Positions 1-12,150 of a stretch of DNA of 64,000 nucleotides are shown here, piece after piece; position 1 is the stretch's first letter, and each line of letters starts with the position of its first letter. The position numbers were made by a program, and so were the translations under genes. Origin of the DNA: Lophium mytilinum (lineage: Eukaryota); the NCBI GenBank assembly GCA_010093605.1, contig MU004189.1:627834-691833 (forward strand), given 5' to 3'. Under the pieces are notes generated by a model, which saw nothing but the letters and a program-made list of their open reading frames with translations, was not told the DNA's origin and searched no databases.

Positions 1-361
1 ATCTCCATGGCGAGCTCAACCTCCACCAACTAACCAGCTACGGCGTCACGACAGCTTTCGATATGGCGGCCATGGACCTCACTTTACTCAAGACTCTCCG
101 CGAAAAGGCAGGCCTGTCCGATATCAGAAGTGCTGGTAAACCCGCCACCAGTCCCGGAAGCCGCCACAGCTCCATGCCTGGCTATCCTGCCTCAGGCTTG
201 TATCAAAGCCCATCAAAGGAGAGCAGTTCGCCGCGAAAAGGGCGGCCGAGGGCTCCGACTACATCAAAATTATGTCCGATGTCCCCGGGCTCGACCAAAC
301 CACCGTGAACGCCCTCGCCGCAGCTGCACGCAAGCACGGCTCAAGAAGCGTGCGTCCATAG
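1..361 (+). pseudogene. Amidohydrolase-family gene remnant, frameshifted and truncated; 5' part lies outside the window
   Basis: The frame from nt 3 reads LHGELNLHQLTSYGVTTAFDM...SDIRSAGKPATSPGSRHS. The family-like continuation GEQFAAKRAAEGSDYIKIMSDVPGLDQTTVNALAAAARKHG is in another frame from ~218 and stops at TAG 359-361. GVTT.FDM and EGSDYIKI are typical amidohydrolase motifs. Confidence 0.7.
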
Positions 362-2534
362 CATCACCCTGCTCCACATGCAAAGCGCTGTCTAGGGCAG
401 ATTTCATTTTCCCCGTGAGTCGGTGAGTGGCTCCTGAAATATTCTCATTTTGATCGAAAAAGATGTGAAAAGAATACGCCCCGAGATTCGAACCCAAGTC
501 CCCTGGCCTAGGGGTCGAAAAAATCAAAAATTATCAATACCGACAGATACAGACAGATACCGACAGTGTTACCAGCGCTCTGCCGATTTATAGAGGGCTT
601 AGTGTTCACCACTGCACCACTGCACCACTCCGGCATGTCTGTCACCCCGCATCCCGCATCCCGCACAGATAATTGGAAGACTGCCAAAATATTTCGAAAT
701 ATATACCCTTAAAATTGCAGCCACCTTTACTTTGTCACACACATCGGCACGTGCCCGCTGGAATTATTATCCGGCACCCCCCTTAATTTTTTTACATCAC
801 CGGTCATTGACTATGTAGTCGGGCGCACCCCAAGGATTCGCCTGCACTTTCATAGGGAGAAGGACGAATAGACCATATTGGAGCGTGGTAATAGGAAGGA
901 CTCAAAGGATCACGAAATTGAAAGAGTGGTTGAGGTAGTTGAGATATATAATGAACCCGCAGTCTGCAGTGACATATTTACTCACTATGCTGTCCGGTCT
1001 CGCTGAAGTTGCTAATTGGAGAAAGTTTTACCAGCAGGATGCGTATCCTCTGCGCGCGCTTGTCCTCGTTCGAGGGTGGATTCCATCATCATAATTCTAT
1101 TTCAGCCTTGTTGCGGCACCACGACGCTGTGCTATACCGTTTCACCAATTTGAGTACATAAGGGCTGAAGATCACCCGAGTTGTAGGAGCCTGGCTGTGT
1201 CCGTAGCGTACGGCTGTATTCTGTATAGCATGGCGGAGGTAGTGACGCTTCGCATGCCACGCAATCGGAACCTCAGTCCCTAGAAAGGACGAGCTGGAGA
1301 AAACAAGCTTTCATGCTTACTCTGAAGCGTTAGAGTCCACTTTTATAGCCCCAGTATGGATTCTCCCTGCCCAACGTGTCCACAGATCTCCAGATGCTTG
1401 CCACAAGGAATCAGGGGAGTTGTAGTCAAATAAAGGCATTTAGCGTCTATTTGTGAAGCGAGAAAGCACATACATCAGATCTTGATATGTAATATAGAGG
1501 GACAGTGATGAAGGACTTAGCAAGTGGGAGTGGACGTTAGGTTTTTCGAAGGGGACGTCAGGAACGAGCTGCCCCTGAATATTCTACTCCACCCAATCAG
1601 ATGAATGCGCTAGCATCCCTCCACAACAACGATCAGCTGAAACTTAGTGCGACGGTTCTGCCTACAAACTCTATATGTACCCTTGTAAGATCCATGCCGC
1701 AAAGGCTTCTGAAAAGGTGAGGAAAGAAAGGTCAAGACTTACAAAACTCGCTTTCCATCAAATCATCCCAGAGACCATCTCTCCGTAAATCTCTAGGTAC
1801 CGTGTCTTAAAATCATCTACCAGATTATCATAAGAAACCCCCGAACTAAATATGACTGACCATTCTATACCTCCTGCTGATGCAACTATCGAATTTACTG
1901 CTGTGTAATTACTCCAGTTTGTCTCCTCTCCTTGTCGACCACTGATTAGCCTCCCTGTAGACTACAGACACCTTCACCTTACACCATGGTCATCCTCCTA
2001 CGTACGATTCCGGCCCCGATCCAAAAACTGGCGCAGCCTGAACGCCACCTGGCAATGATCCTAATAGAGAGCGAATCCTCGCAGTGTCAGCAGCGAGAAA
2101 GACAAGTCAGCGTTGCATGGCAATGCCTCACCATTATAGTGAGATGCTGTAACACGGCTTAGATGATGTTTGTACCCGTCAATCTCTTTGCACCTAAATC
2201 TAGGTTTAGGCCACGACCATACTAGAACTCTCCCTGTCTCCCAATTGGCACGATCGCCGCGAAGATGTAACGGTCATGACCAACGGCCCCCAAAACTGCT
2301 GCGCCTCGATTTAGGCTTCTGTAAGCGCCGCATGAGCCCCCGGACTTCTCTCAAACCTCAACTACGGAACTCCAGCTTCTTGTAGTCCTAGGATATTTCC
2401 ACGACATCAATCTTAATCGCGAGCTTATATACTAAAAACGAGCCTTGGCCTCTTCTGTTGGAAATTGGAACGGAGCTTCATTATCAGCTACTCTCTACCA
2501 ACACTCTTCTGATTGAACGAGTACGAATAGAAAC

Positions 2535-2936
2535 ATGGCCGACCATACCCACTCCGCTCCCGCCGACTGCACTATAGACATCCCTCCCGTACGCCACTAC
2601 TTCTTCTCCCATCTTCAGACCTAACAACCGAAGTCCATCGACACCATCTCGCACGACCACCATCATCACCACCACCCACCTCCATACCACCCAGACCCTC
2701 CCCTCGACGTAGGGAACGACGCAACTCTAATGGCAAATTCGCACCATATCCACCAACACTACGGCACCATTCTACTAGAAAGCCCACGAGACCGCCGTCG
2801 ACGATCCCGAGAAGAGAGCCCCGCCTATCAATGTTTCGGTTTCCTAATGTTTTGTGCAGTGGCTGGGTTCATGCTATTCGTACTCTTCCAAATCTCCTCC
2901 GAGCCCCAGCCCGGCTTTCCCAATGGGCCCTGGTAG
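2535..2936 (+). CDS. Small (118 aa) His-rich protein with a C-terminal transmembrane helix, 2 exons
   Basis: ATG 2535; intron 2589-2633 (GTACGC..CTAAC..AAG) joins in frame. Product: MADHTHSAPADCTIDIPP-SIDTISHDHHHHHHPPPYHPDPP...QCFGFLMFCAVAGFMLFVLFQI...PW*. Confidence 0.65.
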
Positions 2937-3355
2937 CGCGCAGCAATAGAATCAATCTACACAACTTCCTCTCACACTCACAACTCTATTCTCACGATAT
3001 CATCGCTTCTTTGACTCATTAAACCCCCCAAAACTAGGCCGTCTAGAATTACTCCTACTCCTCTTCCCACCCCCCAATTTCCGCTTTACTCCCCTCACAC
3101 CCTTTCGCATCCCTTTAGTAACCCGATTTACCTTCCTTTTACGCCCCACCTTAGCCCTCCTAATCGTATCCGCAGCTTTCCGCTTCGCACCCCACCACAC
3201 CAACCTCCTCGCCTGCGCGCTCCGCGGTGATTCCCTAAGCAGCCGCCGCCCCACTTTCTGCTCCACCCACCGTCGCGGATGAATCACCCGTTTCCATTTC
3301 CCGAGTTTGAAGTGTAGTTTCCGAGGCATGAGACGCAGAATGTAGAATCGCGGAA

Positions 3356-4561
3356 TCAGGCCCATGGAACGATGGAGCGGCCGGGGATGGTGCCGTGGCG
3401 CCGATATAGAACACGGGGAAGTGGGTCGGATGCGGGAGCGGCGCCGGGGTTTAGGGGGGATTCTTGGAGGAGCTGTCGGCGGTGGCGGGGATTATGAGTG
3501 TGAGGACGGGAGCCTCCGCGATGGGGATGAAGGACGGGACCAGACGGGACGCTCCTCGGGCTAGACATGTTGATTGGCATCGTATGGACGGTCTCCGTAT
3601 TATGGGTTTCTTTGGCATACTTTTCGTGCAGAGCGAGGGCTCGGCGCGCGGTCAAAGAAGAGCGACGGTGGCGGTGGTAGCTGCTACTACTCCCATGGCC
3701 ACTCTTGTGATAGCCGCCGGGGTAGTTTAGGATCTTGCTCCAACAGGCTTGTGCGTCTGAGAGTGAACCCGCGGCGTGGAGAGTTGGGAGAGTAGTGCTG
3801 CCGGTTAAGAGGTCGCGCTCGAGGAGGTCGGAGGAGTAGGCCTAGTGTGGTTAGAACAGTTGAATAGTAGTAGAGAATGGAATGGAAAGGCAAGGGGAGA
3901 AGTTAGACGAACAAAGAGGCTCTGAGATAGCGCATCGATGGCTTTGTAGATTGGAGCGTTGAGTTCGGTGTGCCAGGAGCGGCCGAGAGCGGTCAAGGCG
4001 CTGGAGAGGGTTGGGATGGATTGGATGTACTGGGCTGTTAGTGTTGGGAATGAGAATTTGAGTATGAGGGAGGGGAGTACGCTAAGGTATTCGTCGTTCA
4101 TTGGCACGGAACTTTGGTTTACGAAGCTTGCCTATGTTTAAGTTAGCCGGTTGTCATTGTCCAGGTATCTCAGCATATGGATGTCTTACCTGATCAGTGT
4201 TCAGATGGAACTTCGAACGTAGCACTGATCCCGTAACGTTCCCTAGCAAATCCGCAGTACTCTACACAGCCACATCAGCACACTATTCACGCTTTTCCGT
4301 CCACATCGCAAAAAGCTCCAGCATTTAGCTTACGATAGTACTACGCAGAATAGCAAGAGAACCTGCGCCATTCGGCCCGGAAGTGGTGTAGCTTGTGCCG
4401 TTTAGCGGTGCCCAGATAGTATTGGCGGCGTTGATTATGAGAGCGGACAGGTCTCGCATATCTTGGGTCCCATCGGCGAGAGAAGCTGGGATCGAAAGCA
4501 GGCATACTAGCGCGGTAAGGCCTAAGAGTTTGACGCATGGTTCGTTGATGTTCCACATCAT
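3356..4561 (-). CDS. Hypothetical secreted protein, 4 exons
   Basis: Signal-peptide-like N-terminus (KLLGLTALVCLLSIPASLA). Three phase-0 introns (GTAAGC..TAG, GTAAGA..CTAAC..TAG, GTTCGT..CTAAC..TAG) join ORFs 4325-4561, a 24-codon exon STADLLGNVTGSVLRSKFHLNTDQ, 3805-4107 and 3356-3655 without stops. Confidence 0.7.
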
Positions 4562-5129
4562 TGTGGAACGGAACGCGTAGGAGAGAGGTAGACCGGAGAG
4601 GTGGGGTAGAAAGGTGATTTAGATGATGAGGTAACTCTGCAGAGGTAAAGGTTGCGAGAAGAAGGCTGAAAATCAGGGAGCCAATGCTGTGGAAAGGAAG
4701 AGAAGGTTCGCGGAAGATAAGATGGGTAGTAGTGTTTGTAGGAGGAAGTCGCAGCGACCCAGATGGCGTGAGGATTGACGAAGAAGGAGCGGATCACTTT
4801 GTTCCTCGTGAACATCACAATAACTTTATTCATATCAAGCTCAAAAAAAATCTCATGACAGTGACGATTCAGACAAGGTAAAGAAAAGTCACCTTTTATT
4901 AATGAGATGCTACTGGTCTCTGCACATTGAAAGGCATTGTATTAGACGACGAGGAATTCCACAGCCCTTTCAGGAAGATGAATGAGAACACAAGGGAGAG
5001 GAATCGAGATACCTATAGAAGCTTGCCCGCTAGCCATTTTGAGCAATCTACATCCCTTATAAAGTAGAAGAGCAACACCGATACACTCAGTCATAAGTCT
5101 CCAGTCAATACCGTCTCCCTCCTCAAAAA

Positions 5130-5615
5130 ATGCCACAGCCTTACCATCCGCCATCCACTCTTCACTCCGAAATCCGCGCGATGCACGACTGGATCCACCT
5201 TGAGCGACCGTCTCAACGCCTCCGCTTCACGCTTGATCTCCTCTCCCACGACATACTGAAAGAGGGCCTTCGATATCTCAGAACACTCATCGCAAACGGC
5301 ATAGCTAGGGATATTTCTCTCTATAGCCTATGGCGATCGCGGATCATGCCTTTGGACGAGAGGCAGCAAGGGTTTGCATACGCTGGATGGTCATGGCACC
5401 CGCCACAAGAAGAATGCATCGCGAGATTAGACAGAGAAGCCGTTATGACGTTCCTGATTGTGGATGTGACGGTCTACGATAGTATCATGGACAGTGTTAG
5501 AAGATGGGAGAGGGAAACCAGGCCAAGAGACGACATATGGCACTTTGATCATGAGGAGGAGGTTTGGCGGAATGAAGAGGGAGAAGAGATGGAGACTGCT
5601 TGGGATGAAATGTGA
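5130..5615 (+). CDS. Hypothetical protein (161 aa, intronless)
   Basis: ATG in AAAAAATG context, globular-looking composition with an acidic tail; no family recognised. Confidence 0.5.
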   Translation: MPQPYHPPSTLHSEIRAMHDWIHLERPSQRLRFTLDLLSHDILKEGLRYLRTLIANGIARDISLYSLWRSRIMPLDERQQGFAYAGWSWHPPQEECIARLDREAVMTFLIVDVTVYDSIMDSVRRWERETRPRDDIWHFDHEEEVWRNEEGEEMETAWDEM

Positions 5616-6758
5616 TAGATGAGTGTGCGAGAAGTCTTTTCTAGGTCCTTCCGCCAAGATCTTCAACTTCGAAACTTAAACAAATTGAGGTCGGAGTATT
5701 CTCAGACAACAAAGGACGTAAACATACGCCAGGTTTTGAAGAGTCGCACTTGTTCAGCACTCTGTCTCGTGCAGTTATATGTACTCTGCCAATGCGTAGA
5801 GTGCCTCAACAAGGTTTTGCATAGTCCAAGATGAAGAGCTTCTATCTTGTTTAGGTTTTCGAAATTGCATTCAAGCAGTAGCATATACGCACGTACACCA
5901 CGGTGGCCCGCCCTAGGAATTAGAGTATCACCTTTTTATCCCCCGCATGGCTCTTATTCATACTCTACTCACTCCCCAGAGATAAAAAATATTGTTAACT
6001 TTACCGTTCCAGCACTACTCAATCACAAAACACCATGCTCTCACCCCTCAATCCCTCCGGCGATTCTGGGGCAATTCTCTCGTCGAAATACCCCGAGGCA
6101 GGTGGGCTACACTACTTGGGGAAGTCAATAAGCCCGCACATCCGAGCGGAATCAGACCGAGAGCGCGTTCCGCCCTGTAAAGCGAGCAATGCACCGACAA
6201 AATCCGAGAGTCATAAGCGCGATCCGGGCCGCGACTGGCACATCTACTGCAGAAGAGCGATTCAGGAGGACGTCTTATATGCGGACTGGAGGCAGTAGAT
6301 GGTAGTTCTGCGCCGGGAGAAGGCTTAACCGGAGCGGTTCACGGATGTTCATGCTCTGTAGATCGTGGTAGAAGACTTCGCCGTTTTGTACTGCTGGGTA
6401 GGAGGTAATCCAAAGTGCTAGACGCGTGACAGTGATGAAGTATTTGTAGACAAGCAATAGCTGTGTAGGAGAAGGTGGTTAAAGATGCTCCCACGAGCTG
6501 CCGAAGTGGGCTTCCGCCTCAGTGTGGGGTCAACGCAGGGGCCAGGCTGAAGTGTGGAGAGCTTCTGTCTTCCATCCACCACCCATAAACACGGCCCGTC
6601 TCCCAGCCATGCGTGACTTCTTACTTCTCCGTTTCTTTCCGCTCCGAGGTTCTTTCTTGCGCCTTTCTTTCTCCTAGTAACTGTCCCTCGTTCTTGCTGA
6701 ACAGGAACCAAAAGAGAGCTCTGAACGACTGGGGAGCTTCACAACACATCATTTCGCT

Positions 6759-8443
6759 ATGCCGTCAATAACCCTCTCCGTGCGGACAGCCGCTCACTTC
6801 TCGCGATCTGCCTCAAAGGTAATTGAATCTAGATATAGCACTTCTAGCTACCGCCCAATTGCTCTCAGGCATCAAGAAAGCTAATCACCATCTCAAGACC
6901 TACCTCCCCCTCGCCCGCCTCTTCTCCACCACCCGCGCCCGCTATGAGATCAACAAAGTCCTCCCCTCGGCCTCGGCCGCCATCGCCGATATGAAGTCAG
7001 ACTCTACCCTCCTGTGCGGCGGCTTCGGCCTCTGCGGCGTCGCCGACACCCTCATCAACCAAGTCGAAGCCACCCCCTCCATCACCGGCCTAACCGCCGT
7101 CTCCAACAACGCCGGCATCGACGGCTCCGGTCTCGGCCTGCTCATCGCCTCCGGGCAGGTCAAGAAAATGGTTGCCAGCTACGTCGGCAACAACAAGACG
7201 CTCGAGAAGAAGTACCTCGGCGGCGAGATCGAGATGGAGCTGACCCCGCAAGGCACGCTCGCAGAGCGGTGTAGGGCGGGCGGTGCGGGGATCCCCGCGT
7301 TCTACACGCCCGCGGCATTCGGGACGGTGGTGCAGACGGGGGAGCTGGCGGTGAAGTATCGCACTGACAAGAGCGTGGAGAGCTACGGTGTGGCGCGGGA
7401 TGTGAAGGTGTTTGACGGGAAGAGCTACGTGATGGAGGAGGCGATCAAGGGGGATTATGCGTTCATCAAGGCGTGGAAGGCGGATAGGCTGGGGAACACG
7501 CAATTCAGGTTCGCGGCGCACAACTTCAATGGCGCGATGGCGCGGAATGCAACGACGACGATTGTGGAGGCTGAGAATATTGTCGAGCCGGGCGAGATTG
7601 ACCCCGCGGCTGTGCATGTGCCGGGCATTTATGTGGATCGTGTGATTCAGGCCACTCAGGAGAAGCGGATTGAGAGGGTTGTGAATGCGAAAGATCCCAA
7701 GGACGAGATGGCGGCGCTTGGCAGTGGTGATGCGGCGAACAAGAGGGAGAGGATCGTAAGGAGAGCGGCCAAGGAGTTCAAGAACGGGATGTACGCCAAT
7801 CTTGGAATCGGCATGCCCATGCTTGCGCCCAGCTTCGTCGATCCATCCGTCGAAGTCCAATTGCAGTCCGAGAACGGTATCCTAGGACTCGGACCGTACC
7901 CGGCGAAGGGTGAAGAGGATCCCGATCTGATCAACGCAGGCAAGGAGACCGTTACGCTGCTGCCGGGAGCGTCGGTCTTTGGGTCTGAAGAGTCGTTCGG
8001 CATGATCAGGGCGGGTAAGATCGATCTCACAATCCTCGGTGCTATGCAAGTGAGCGCGAAGGGCGACTTGGCCAACTGGATGTTGCCGGGCAAGGTCATG
8101 GGATTCGGAGGAGCTATGGATCTTGTCTCGAACCCGCAAAACACCAAGGTGGTGGTGACAATGGAGCACACGGATAAGAAGGGCCGGCCCAAGATCTTGA
8201 AGCAGTGCGAGTTTCCGCTGACAGGCAAGGCCTGTGTTTCGAGGATTATTACTGAGCTCGTAAGTATTGATCCTCCGTTGGTCTTCGAATGATGACTAAC
8301 ATATTTCACAGGGCGTGTTCGACGTAGATTGGGCCGAAGGCCTCACCCTTATCGAGCTTGCAGACGGCGTCACCGTTGACGAAATCAAGTCGAAGACGGA
8401 GGCACCATTCAAGGTTGCCGATGATGTGAAACCAATGTTGTGA
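6759..8443 (+). CDS. OXCT1: Mitochondrial succinyl-CoA:3-ketoacid CoA transferase (SCOT, fused alpha/beta), 3 exons
   Basis: Motifs [35 protein letters not shown] and catalytic QSENG. Exons 6759-6818, 6898-8259, 8312-8443; Arg/Ser-rich presequence. Confidence 0.95.
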
Positions 8444-8779
8444 CGCACTTAACTATCTGTCTCATGAAAATTTACCGTCAAATCTTTCCAGCCAGGCGTT
8501 GTATATATTTCCAAGTCTGCATTTAAGGGGAAAATAGAACAATACTCATACGCCAAGGAAATGTGCACCAATGAGTATTCATTATCCACGTATTTTACGT
8601 TGCTTTGAACCTCTAAGCCAGATTCATCGATCCGTCTAGACGCCCGACGCCAGACACTCTCAAATATCTTACAGGCGTACCTCCCTACCGTGTATCCAGA
8701 ACGAAAGGGCCTATGGTACAGTGCATCATCCACTCCAACGACTGCTTTTGGGAGATTGCTCAAAACGAAAGTGAGCTGT

Positions 8780-10228
8780 TCAAAGATATTTCTTGGGCGC
8801 GCTATTCCTTCGCTTCTTATAAACCTGCCACGCCCCAATAACCATGATCTGGACAGCGACGAAAACGCAGATGATCAGACCCATCCTTGGCTTTGCTCCG
8901 GTGACAACTGCAAGGGCTTTATTAGCATTTGCTCTAATAGAAAAAGCACGGTTGGGATCAAACTCACTACTCGACATAGCCAACGGCAACCCCTCTGTCA
9001 AACTCGTCTGCGTAACCTTAATCGCATTCTGCAGGTCGGTCAAATGCTGCTGATAATCCTTGCCCTCAACATCCCTCTGGATCGCCAGCACAATCCGTTC
9101 AACCTTCTCCACGTTCCTGCTGATGGCGTCTACGCGGTCGTGCGTAGGAATAGCGCGGTTCATGACCTCCTGGTGCCGCTGGTCCTGCTGCTTCGCGAGG
9201 TTCTCAAGTAGTTGGAAGATGTTGTTGACCTGGTGGTTGACGATTTGCAGGCGATTATGAAGATCGGCGAACTGGTCTTGCTGGTTCTTGATGTTGGCGG
9301 CGAGCTGGTCGGAGAGTTGTTGGGGAATATCGTCAGATGGGGGTGCTTGGTACTTTTGTTGCTGTTGCTGCGGGGGCGGTGGGTATTGCTGGTATTGCTC
9401 TCGGGGGGGAGGGGGCTCGGTGCGGCCCTGCTGCTGCTGGGCGCCGTTGGGGACGGACACTTCAAAGGATTGGGCTTCGAAGGAGTCTGGGTTTTCGGCT
9501 GAGGCGGCGGAGACGCCGAAGTAGTAGCCTGCTGGAAGTCTGACCTAACCATAGAGTTAGTACAATGGTTCCCGCTGGAATTTCTGAGGGATTCTTACCT
9601 TGTCTGTCCTGAAGCATGGGTTCTTGTCTATCGTGACTTGGAAGTAATCTGCGGTTTGCTTCAATTGGATAGTCGAGAATCGCCCCATATTCCGGTACGG
9701 GTAGTTGCATTGCCCAAACGACAGCGAGTCGACACTGTGGTGGTCCTTGTATGTCACGGTCCCGTCATTCAAGAATCCTCTCACGCTGCCTCCCATCCCC
9801 TTATACTGATCCACCACCATTACCAGCCCATCGAACGCCGGCGCCGTGTACAGACTCGACATCCCCACACTCTGCTGGCCATCCTTGCTATACCAAATCT
9901 GCAAATTCCCTCCTCCCCGCTCCGGCCCCGAGGCTCTGTACCTGAACTCTGCCGTCCATTCTGAATATGGGGTTGGGTTGTTGGACCACACCGCTCCTCG
10001 CATGTTTCCAGGGTATGGCGGTGTTAATATGATACGGTCTGACATCAAATTGGGCGTGTGGCCTTCACCAGACACCTTCCAGCCTTGGATTCCGCGGCCA
10101 TCGGGGGATAGTTGGCCTCCTTTGTTGCCGAAGCTCAGTTGGTCTATTACGTTCTGAGCTTGGACTGCTGATAGCGCTATGGCGGAGTATGCAGCTGCTG
10201 CCCGTAGCCTCCGTAGCGATATGTACAT
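8780..10228 (-). CDS. EMP47: L-type lectin ER-Golgi cargo receptor (Emp46/Emp47, ERGIC-53-like)
   Basis: Signal peptide, lectin domain (RIILTPPYPGNMRGAVW, FDGL, GGSVRGFLNDG), Q-rich linker, coiled coil, C-terminal TM helix and KKYL tail. Spliced from ORFs 9557-10228 and 8780-9460. Confidence 0.88.
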
Positions 10229-10410
10229 TGTGGTGGAAGAATAGCTGGGGTTGGAGCGAGTGGTGTGGATACGAATGCGCGAAGGGTGATGCGGTGGAGG
10301 TAATTAAGTGAGACGTAGGGTATTTATGTACGACGATCGCTACCTAATTGTAAGTCGTCAGCATTCAATTCACTGCTGTAGTTTCTATGCTCCTGGGTGC
10401 TTCCGTACCT

Positions 10411-10605
10411 TCAATGTGCACTGCTCCGTCGCGAGTTCGCAATTGAGACAATGCTCCACGCGACAATTAAAAACAGGGCGACGTTGCGGACTTCCTTCAC
10501 TACCTTGGTCGCCTCTGGGGTAATGTCCAGTGTGTGTTTGATAGTGATTTGGTTTGTGAAGTCGACAAGATGCTTCACTCCCACGTCGGAAAAGTCCATT
10601 GACAT
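10411..10605 (-). CDS. Possible 64-aa microprotein with a C-terminal hydrophobic helix
   Basis: ATG-initiated ORF ending VRNVALFLIVAWSIVSIANSRRSSAH; no family recognised. Confidence 0.35.
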   Translation of the reverse strand: MSMDFSDVGVKHLVDFTNQITIKHTLDITPEATKVVKEVRNVALFLIVAWSIVSIANSRRSSAH

Positions 10606-11002
10606 ATCCTTCTGGCCAGCTGTCTGCTTTGTCCGCGCTCTATCGCTTGATTGGCCGTCGTCCGTGCACCTTACCGTGCTGCTCTATTCCGGCGAACAGG
10701 AAGCAAAAGAAGGCACGGAGGATGTTTCTATAGAACCTAGAGATACTTTTAAGACATTAAGATATAGCGTAGCTATACAAATAGAGACAGGACTAAAAAC
10801 AGAGCCAATAGCTCCATGATTGACTCTAGTACAAAACACTGACGATGACATTTCCTTGCCTCACGGAGCTTGGGCCCGTTCTTTTGCCGACTTCTTTCCT
10901 CACCACCAACCACACTTCTCCACCACAACTGGACATCTGCTCATCCCAGCACTCTTGCAACCCTCGAACACTCCACCCTAACTCTCTCATCTCCCTCTCA
11001 CC

Positions 11003-12150
11003 ATGGCCGGTGACCCCCAGGAAACGTGGAGGCGGCTGCAGATGTCCCTGAAGAATGCGCAGCAGTCGGGAAGGCAATTCGGCGGAGGTCCTGGCAAGAA
11101 CGCTCTCGGAGGCGTTGCGGGATTGGTTATATTAGGAGGACTGGGCATAGTGGCGAGCAATGCGCTCTTCAACGGTACAGCCACCTCTTCGCGACCGTCA
11201 AGTCATTCGAAGCCGAAGTTTGAGATGGAATAGACGGAGACGGAGCATCAGATCACTAACACCTTTATACAGTCGACGGTGGTCACCGAGCAATCAAGTA
11301 CACCCGGATAGGCGGCGTCGGCAAAGAAATCTACAGCGAAGGTACCTATACAACCCCCTCCATTCATAATCCGCAGCATCCCTAATGACCACTAGGTACC
11401 CATATCAAGATTCCCTGGTTCGAGACGCCCATCACCTACGACGTCCGCGCGAAGCCCCGAAATGTTGCCTCCCTCACCGGCACCAAGGACTTGCAGATGG
11501 TTAACATAACCTGCCGTGTGCTATCCCGACCGCGGGTTGATGCCCTGCCGCAAATCTACCGAACCCTGGGCACCGACTACGACGAGCGCGTGCTGCCGTC
11601 CATCGTGAACGAGGTGCTCAAGAGCGTGGTGGCGCAGTTCAACGCCAGCCAGTTGATCACCCAGCGTGAGAACGTCAGTAGGCTAGTACGGGAAAATCTA
11701 GTGCGGAGAGCGGCGAGATTCAATATCATGCTCGACGATGTATCTCTGACTGTAAGCAAGATCACTATCCTCAATTTGACCCGAGTAGAATAGGATGAAT
11801 GCTAACATGAGTGACAGCACCTCGCCTTTTCCCCCGAGTTCACCGCCGCCGTCGAAGCCAAACAGGTCGCCCAGCAAGAGGCCCAGCGCGCCGCCTTCGT
11901 CGTCGACAAGGCCAGACAAGAGAAGCAGGCCACGATAGTGCGCGCACAGGGTGAAGCCCGCTCCGCCGAGCTGATCGGTGACGCCATCAAGAAGTCGCGG
12001 TCGTACGTCGATCTGCGAGAATTCGAGAACGCGAGGAACGTCGCGCAAATATTGCAGACGAGCCAGAACAAGGTGTATCTCGACTCGACGAACTTGGGCC
12101 TCAACATCAGCCAGACGGCGGTGGACAAGGCTTCGCGGGCGCAGAAGTAG
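11003..12150 (+). CDS. PHB2: Prohibitin-2 (SPFH domain), multi-exon
   Basis: [63 protein letters not shown] and [14 protein letters not shown]; four canonical introns. Confidence 0.96.

Noticed and set aside
470..530. Possible tRNA gene on the - strand
   Set aside because: Only a T-loop/B-box-like motif is present, with no D-arm, anticodon arm or acceptor stem.
5847..6711. Short ORFs upstream of SCOT
   Set aside because: No consistent exon chain, codon bias or recognisable motif could be built.
7090..8309. Long antisense ORFs over SCOT (also 29267-30346, 36600-37391, 41475-42084 and 57002-57672)
   Set aside because: They are shadows of strongly biased sense-strand codons and have no independent protein features.
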